A stretch of DNA of 64,000 bases, taken from NCBI GenBank assembly GCA_964016885.1, contig OZ024745.1:77128001-77192000 (forward strand), in the 5' to 3' direction. Position 1 is the stretch's first letter. Each line of letters starts with the position of its first letter. A program made the translations under genes and the position numbers. This DNA is from Eledone cirrhosa. Its lineage: Eukaryota. Below, piece after piece: positions 56,558 through 64,000 of the stretch. Below the pieces are notes generated by a model. The model was not told the origin of the DNA and ran no database searches. It saw only the letters and a list, made by a program, of their open reading frames with translations.

Positions 56558-56861
56558 TGAGGATTCGGTTCTAATTATGGCACATGTTCAGTGCCTGTGT
56601 GTTGTTGTCGACTCGTTTAGGCTGATAAATTTCTTCTTTGAATAATTCTGAGAATAGCGACATATTGTTCCAGATCGGTTTCAATACTTTTTTTATATCT
56701 TGGTATCAATAACGTGCAGATACATCTTAAATAAAATAAAACCTGCAACACAGTCGAACTTGAATTTCCACAATTTGTCAACTATGTGTGCACGCACGCA
56801 CACGCGCACACACGCACATACACACACACACACACACATATACATACATACATACATACAT

Positions 56862-57291
56862 GATGGCTGCAACTTGATTTCGAATAATGCCATCACTTGA
56901 TACTTAAGCACAAGCATCAAGGATGTGGCTTTTTAGTCCTGTTAGGGACTTGCCTATGAACAGCAATGCCATGCATCGCAAAAAAAATGTCACATATCAA
57001 GCGATGCCTGTGCTTGAAGATTTTTTAAGTGAGCAAAGGCTTTGCAAGGAGCCAATCCCACTCTCTGAACATCGAATGCATTTGCCCAAAAAGAACTGGT
57101 CTACATCATTGGATGCAAACGAAGTCACAGGTTTTATGTCAGAGATGTCTTAATGAAGACAAGGAGTCTCTCACTCCACGAAAAAAAAAAAACTTTACTG
57201 GGTTGACTCTCCTGAGTTCCTCAGCCCTTTGACGGGTTTTATTTTTCATCCCGCAGAATGTCCAAATTCACCCACCTCATCAAGCAAGCTT
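56862..57291 (-). mobile_element. short element with Dong-type leader and (ATGT)n tail
   Basis: Similar to 13060-13345 and to 17285-17376. Confidence 0.6.
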
Positions 57292-57851
57292 CCTTATCCA
57301 TAGTCTAAAAATGGCTGCGATAGCTGGCACCTTAAAAATTTGCAAAACATTCTTGCGATTCAAGGGATTACAATTTCTTTTCTTTTGCAACCTTGCCACC
57401 AGGAAGGTGGCCGGTCAAAAATATACTCGAAATTAAGAACATACATACATACATACATACATACATACATACATACATACATACATACATTACATTACAG
57501 GTCTTTAAAAATAACTACACTCTATTTTACCGAGGTATTTAATCTGATACTCTAACGATTCTGCTAATTTGCCAAGCAGAATCGTTTATGTTGTAGTTAA
57601 TATGTACATATGTATGTACGCGTACACATACATCATACAACGAATGAATATATCTAAACATGAATATATGTTTATGAAAACATGCAGATTCGTGTATATG
57701 CGTTGGGATCTATGTATAATAGGATTGTGGTGGAGAAAGGGAGAAGTATGGGAAAGTGATCGTTAGAGATTTTCTGAAAGAGAATAAACATATACACTTG
57801 TCTGTATCTCTCTTTCTCTCTCTCGCTTTACACGCGCACACACACACACAT

Positions 57852-57888
<37 letters not shown>

Positions 57889-57916
57889 AATACATATATA
57901 TATATATATATATATA

Positions 57917-58008
<92 letters not shown>

Positions 58009-58032
58009 TATATATATATATATATATATATA

Positions 58033-58079
<47 letters not shown>

Positions 58080-58928
58080 TATATATATATTATATATATA
58101 TATATATTATATATATATTATATATATATATATGCATATATATATATATATATATATATGGGTGGGGTTATAAATATATAAGAAAGAGAACACGATTATT
58201 GACTTAACAGGCAATTACGAAACCACAGTGATCAGAGCAGACAGGAAGAAGAAAAAAAATCTGAATGAGGCGCGGTATGAGGGGTAAAAGAAACATAGAA
58301 AATAAAATTATACACTGACAAACCGACTAAACGACGGACAGACTGGCCGACAGACAAATAGAAACCGTCTGACAATCATGCAGGCAGACGAGTCGACACA
58401 CAAATTCTTCTAATTTCTCGGAAACTTACTGTAGGATATAACAAAAACTAAAAAGCTCCAGTCTGCACCTCCTTCACCACCGCAAGCAGCACAGCAACCA
58501 AACTTGCCAACTTTACTCGATTATTAAAGTCTCATTATTTTCTTTTGATTGTCAGTCTGTAGAATACAATTGTTCTCTTCGAATAAATTATAAGCACTAT
58601 GCGTGCATTTGAAGTGTGTTTCCGTGCATGAATCTGTGCTTTCATTTCAAGATATTTTGTCTATGTTTCTGTTCGTTTTTGCGTTTTTTTTTTTGTGTGG
58701 GTTGTGGGTGGAGGTTTGTTGGATGTATTTTTAAAAGGTTTTCTATCTTTGATTTAATTCTCATTGTTTCACTAGAAGAAAGCGGCTATTTGTCTCAGAA
58801 ATAAAGAAAATTGTATGAAGCTTGATCAAATTTGTTAATCATTATTTGAAACTACTGAAGACGTCTCTATATATATATGTTTGTATGTGTCTTTCGTTTC
58901 CCTCTCCCTCATCACGCGCACACACACA

Positions 58929-59004
<76 letters not shown>

Positions 59005-59012
<8 letters not shown>

Positions 59013-59099
59013 AAAAAATGTATACACACTTCAACAGCATTCTAATAACTATTGCCTGTACAGGTAATCACAGTATGCATATATTTTTGGATACCCTGT
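59005..59099. mobile_element. ~95-bp Tc1/mariner-type MITE
   Basis: gtgtcccaaaaaatgtat ... tatttttggataccctg. Confidence 0.6.
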
Positions 59100-59259
59100 C
59101 TATATATGAGTAAGGTGTTCAGATGTTTATTTCAAACTCAAATGTGGTTTATTTTATATCCAGAATAACGAGAGATATTTCAGGGTTATATCAAGTCGGT
59201 ATATTTCCGGTCATCTTGAGTTAAATCACAGAGCATATATTAACAAAGAAATAAGTCAC

Positions 59260-61005
59260 CTAATTCAACAGTTAATACATTATTTATTGATCGACATGTG
59301 TTTCATTCTCTTAGGATATTGCTCACAATATCCTTATAAAGATATCGTCAGGATTGTAGCAAACTACTTTCCTTTGGCGCATTGATACCCTTTCCATGCG
59401 TTGTTTGGCTGAGTTAAACCAATCGCTATCAGCGTAAGGATATGTATCTCAACTTCCGCCCAAATGGAGAAATTCCCGCTTCTTTTTAATAAACTGATTC
59501 TCTTGCGGCTTCACCTTGCTAAGGTAAACTACCATTTGCTTTTGTTCCGCAAGCACAAACAATATGTAACGACAAAACATCACTTCGGGCCTGGCTAACA
59601 CCTCAGCCAGTTGACCGTACCTTCTAAAACCTTAATTTTGTTTGTTCATTTCTTTTGCATGCCAGCCCAGCTAACACAGCTCTTCTCATCTTCTTTGTTA
59701 ATAAATCATATCAAAACGTTGTAAAGTCTTGTGATGCTATTTACCACAACCATTGCCTTTAAATGTGATATGGAAATATTCTTTCCAGAGTTATATTCAC
59801 AGCAGAGCAACAGATTATGAGACTTACAGCAGAACTTCAATTCAACTTACATTTATTGATATTACGAACCATACCTTTCCAATTACAAACAAACAAATAC
59901 ATTAGTGTTACATAATCTCGTCGTTATTACTCGCTGCTAAAGGTAATACTATACTATTGGTATTGTGAATGTTACATACTACTCTACTGATAACATAATA
60001 CATCATCATCTTATGTTATAAACTGCTTCACTGGTGACTTCTATTGATACACAATACACAAATACAAATATTATCATTCTCATGTATATCTTATTTAATA
60101 CTATATCAGGATCAATTATATATATATAACATATTAAAAAATGTTTAATTACTGATCAATGTATTCCTTAACCGCATGCTCCGGACGTAAACAAAATTGT
60201 TCTGAGGTTATGGAAGGTTAAAATTACCAGAAATATTTAACGGTACTCTTCATAATAGTTGTTCTACCTGGTATTACCAGCAGTCATGTTCTGATGTTAA
60301 TATAATCTATGTCTGTTATTAGTACAACTATATTGGTATTTAATGAAGTGATAATCAAATTTAACCTCGGTATATTGTTTATTAAGCGTTAATGTTATGA
60401 AGTCTATGGAAGCAAGTAATGCCTAAAAATATCTACAGCGTTTATTTTGTTAGATTAGGTGAATTTATTGTAGCCACCAACTACTCTTATTCATACATGT
60501 AGCCAAATCATATCTATACGGACCTCATCTCTGTACGACGCATTCATATACACATACACATATACAAATATATACACAAACACACACACGCACAAATATA
60601 TATATATATATATATATATAGGAAAATGTTTAACCCGACGGCTTGAGCTCTGCCGTCGGGTTTAAACATTTTCCTATTACCCACTCTACTACCCTAAGTA
60701 TTGAGTACTCTGGTGTGTTATGATCCATCTCGTTCCTTACCACACCTCCTTCGTTATATATCATCATCATCATCATCATCATCATCACCGTTTTACGTCC
60801 GTTATTCCACGCTAGTATATATATATATATAGTTGATGGCTGGACCATGCGGTTAAAGAATTCATCGATTGGTAATTAAAACTCTTTAATATGTTATGTT
60901 TATAATTGATCCTGACTATTTCTTTATGAGGATATTGTGAGCAATATCCTAAGAGAATGAAACATGGGTAGATCGAATAACTAATGTATTAACTGTTGAA
61001 CTAAT
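59260..61005. mobile_element. old fold-back element, family M, with HHR motifs (- at 59290-59354; + at 60908-60974), interrupted by later insertions
   Basis: 59260-59354 plus 60106-60185 are the rc of 60840-61005. Confidence 0.6.
60619..60756 (+). mobile_element. family C element
   Basis: aggaaaatgtttaacccgacggc..gccgtcgggtttaaacattttcct plus tail. Confidence 0.75.
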
Positions 61006-61895
61006 TAATAATATCCCATGTAATGGAATATTGTATATTATCACTTTTTAGACGGCAGATTAATTTAAGGAAGTGGAATTTTTAAATTTTTCATTCTTAA
61101 AAGAATGTAAATAAAATCGAAATTTAAAATTATTTATATTTGCACTTATGTAATTATACGATTTATTATATTTTGAGACTTCACACTTATATACATCATA
61201 ATTTCGAAGACAGTGGCCCCTAAGCTGGCAAGAATCAAGGGCACTATAATTGGTTTATTTACTTTATTATTATGGTAATATAAAGCGTTATTTGTATTAA
61301 TTAACCTAAGAGCCTAGAAGTGTTATCAGCATCATAAATCTGTTCAGTATTATCATTAATATCGTTACTGCTATTAAACATTTTATCTAAAGTAGGGAAT
61401 GGTTTATTTGCTTATTATTATCTACAGGAATTACATGTTCCGATTTATGTTTATATATTTTTCTGCAGTTATTGAAAGCCAAATAATCACTGAAATTTGG
61501 TGTAGTAGAAAAGGATAATTTAACTGTTCTTATTTATTACACTATAATACTGGTTTAAGGGGAAAAAAATTTCTAAAATGATAAATAGTATTTTAGATAT
61601 ATGTGATGCTATTTGCACTCCATATGGAATTCTAGAAAATGTAAGGTATTTATTTATTTATATTTGATCGATTCTGAGACGCTATTCTATCAGGAATTAA
61701 TTAAAATCCTTGTTAATCTTTGTTGTTTTTTATATATTTGCTCTGTGAAATCATAACACTTCAGGGAATGGAAATTTGCCGATTGAATTAACTCCGAACT
61801 GTTTTTTACCTCTCTTGCTGTGGACTATAAAATCTCATTGAGCTTTAAAATTGTCCATGCCTTTATACGGTTGTATTATCAACTCACTTAAACTT

Positions 61896-61953
<58 letters not shown>

Positions 61954-62084
61954 TGCCAAGAGTTTCCGAAGAAATAAATCAAAGAAAATAAGTGCTCTAT
62001 ATAATATATAGACCCAAGATATATTATACGAGTAAGATCTCAACACAGATGCATGCGTTTATGTTGAGAGCTTATTCATGTGTC

Positions 62085-62121
<37 letters not shown>

Positions 62122-62154
62122 TACATACATTATATATATATATGTGTGTGTGTA

Positions 62155-62187
<33 letters not shown>

Positions 62188-63879
62188 TCAAGCAATGGCG
62201 TCACTTACATTATATGTATACTGATAAGTAACCGTTATTTCCGTTTATTTAATCAGGATTTAAACTATATATGAGAAAAAGAAGTATTTTTTACTCTTAA
62301 ATTATGTATGCTTAAGCACGAACATATAAATTCGCATAATGCAATTAATGACAGTATTAATAAAGACACAAAAACAAGTATCCCGTAATTGAAAAGCATT
62401 TCAGAAAAAAAAAATTGTTTTAATTTTAATATTCGATGTTTGGTTAAGTCATTCTTAGATATGTTGTTATTTATCGTCGAAGTCACGAATGAAAATTGTC
62501 AAATGAAAATTGTCAGAGCTGCTGAAGTTTGATGCGGATTAATTGATATTCACTATGCTGTTGAAATCTTTAATGAAACTAGTGGCTATACTGCTCGTCC
62601 TTTATCAGGACAACTAACAAAATCTATTGAAAAGATGTTCACATGCAGTATAACTCATAATTTAAATATATATATGCCATGTAGTTAATTCACGCATAGT
62701 AAATAAGAATATATGATTGAGTCAAATTGAAAATAGCTTTAATTCATTTGAAAGTAATATTGAACAAAATGTTTTCTTTTTACTTGAAATTTTCCTTCTT
62801 TTCCTTATTAGTTGAAGAGGGAAAGGAAGTGAACCTGGGCCTTTTTATTGCCTTCAAGATTCATGAGAAAGGGGAAGGAAGGGAGAGAGATATCCTCAAA
62901 CCAGAGATCTGGTCCGAATGTTTGTAGAAGAGTGGGCTCCACAAAAGCTACCCAAATGCTAGGCAATGGTGTTAAATGAGGTGGTAGATTAGAAGTAAGC
63001 TTCAGCGTGATTTAAGTAAGAATGTAAATTGCTGAAACAAATACCGTTACGCATCTTATGCACTTCCCAAACAATTTGATTAATCCACCACCCTGTTCTG
63101 CTACATTGACATGAAACGGTACAAAGGAAATTGACGGGATTTGAGCGCAGAGAGCCGGAACAAATATATTGTCTTGTCCGTTAACGACTGTCAATTTCAC
63201 ACCTACTCCTGTCATTTAAAAACGGGCAGAAACCAGTGAAGCCTGATGCAACCCACATGTATTGGGAAATGTCGATAATACACACATATGTATTTGAAAT
63301 TTTGCTATTTTCTTTCGATCATTAAAGCCTAATTATTTTTCACGGGAAGAGACATTTGGAAATGATGCAATGAAGCATTAAAAGATGAAAGACCACTTTA
63401 AGATGATGCATTCAGATTAGTAAAACAAATTTTTCAACTGTTTTATGGCACTGAATGAAAGGTCTGTAAAATGTTGAAACTTGGTGTCTTTTCTTAAGTC
63501 CTTATCTCATATTTAAGGGAGAAATGAAGACCTTTTATCCATTAATTTAACAAAAAACGAAATGCCACATATATATGGAGAAAATGTTATGACGAAATTT
63601 AGACCTATACAATAAAATAGGTATTTATGAAAATTGCAGATGCTAAAAAGACGATTACTTCAGAAAATCAATAGTATAAGTTTTCTGTCCAGTTGAATTG
63701 ATCAACATTTAGAGATTTTAATCGTCCCAATGTCTTTTTAAATAACAAGCCACTACCAACCCCTCAAATAGATATACTACAGATGAAATCTATCACATAA
63801 ATAGTCATCGCATGATTTAAACTAAGAAGGCGAAGAAACGGTATTCTTCGGTAAGAGATAATTGTTGCTACTTTATACA

Positions 63880-64000
63880 AAGCCAGCAATTTGAAAAGAA
63901 GTGGAAAGTCGATTAAATCGACCTCAATGCGTTACTGGTATATTAACTTATCGACCCCGGAAGGATGAAAAGCAAAGCTAACCTCGGTGGGATTTGAACT
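63880..64000 (-). mobile_element. SINE variant, runs off the window
   Basis: Family match. Confidence 0.75.

Noticed and set aside
62880-63270. Higher-complexity stretch with short ORFs
   Set aside because: Stops in all frames and no recognisable motif

Overview
AT-rich, repeat-saturated eukaryotic (animal) non-coding DNA. No intact host gene is recognisable, and almost all ORFs in the supplied track are microsatellite artefacts. The tRNA-derived SINE family and the LINE set resemble those of octopod cephalopods; this is an inference from memory of those families, not a search result. The window contains: (i) a stack of R4/Dong-clade RT+RLE retrotransposons in (TAA)n tracts at 19.9-24.2 kb, one with an uninterrupted ~680-codon RT-CCHC-RLE frame, plus other Dong, RTE, L1/Tx1, CRE and Penelope GIY-YIG fragments; (ii) many SINE copies and mariner/Tc1 MITEs; (iii) the main finding, about 14 sequence-unrelated families of short non-coding elements embedded in (TA)n. 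These elements often form perfect fold-back palindromes and carry type-I hammerhead-ribozyme (HHR) folds, including non-canonical cores (U3-A8, GCAA, U-U closing stem II). About half the families also share a 3' tail hairpin (ACTC..GAGTRCT), and their inverted arms usually stop at an internal TA. They look like non-autonomous Penelope-like/retrozyme elements that target TA microsatellites. All folds and coordinates were read by eye.
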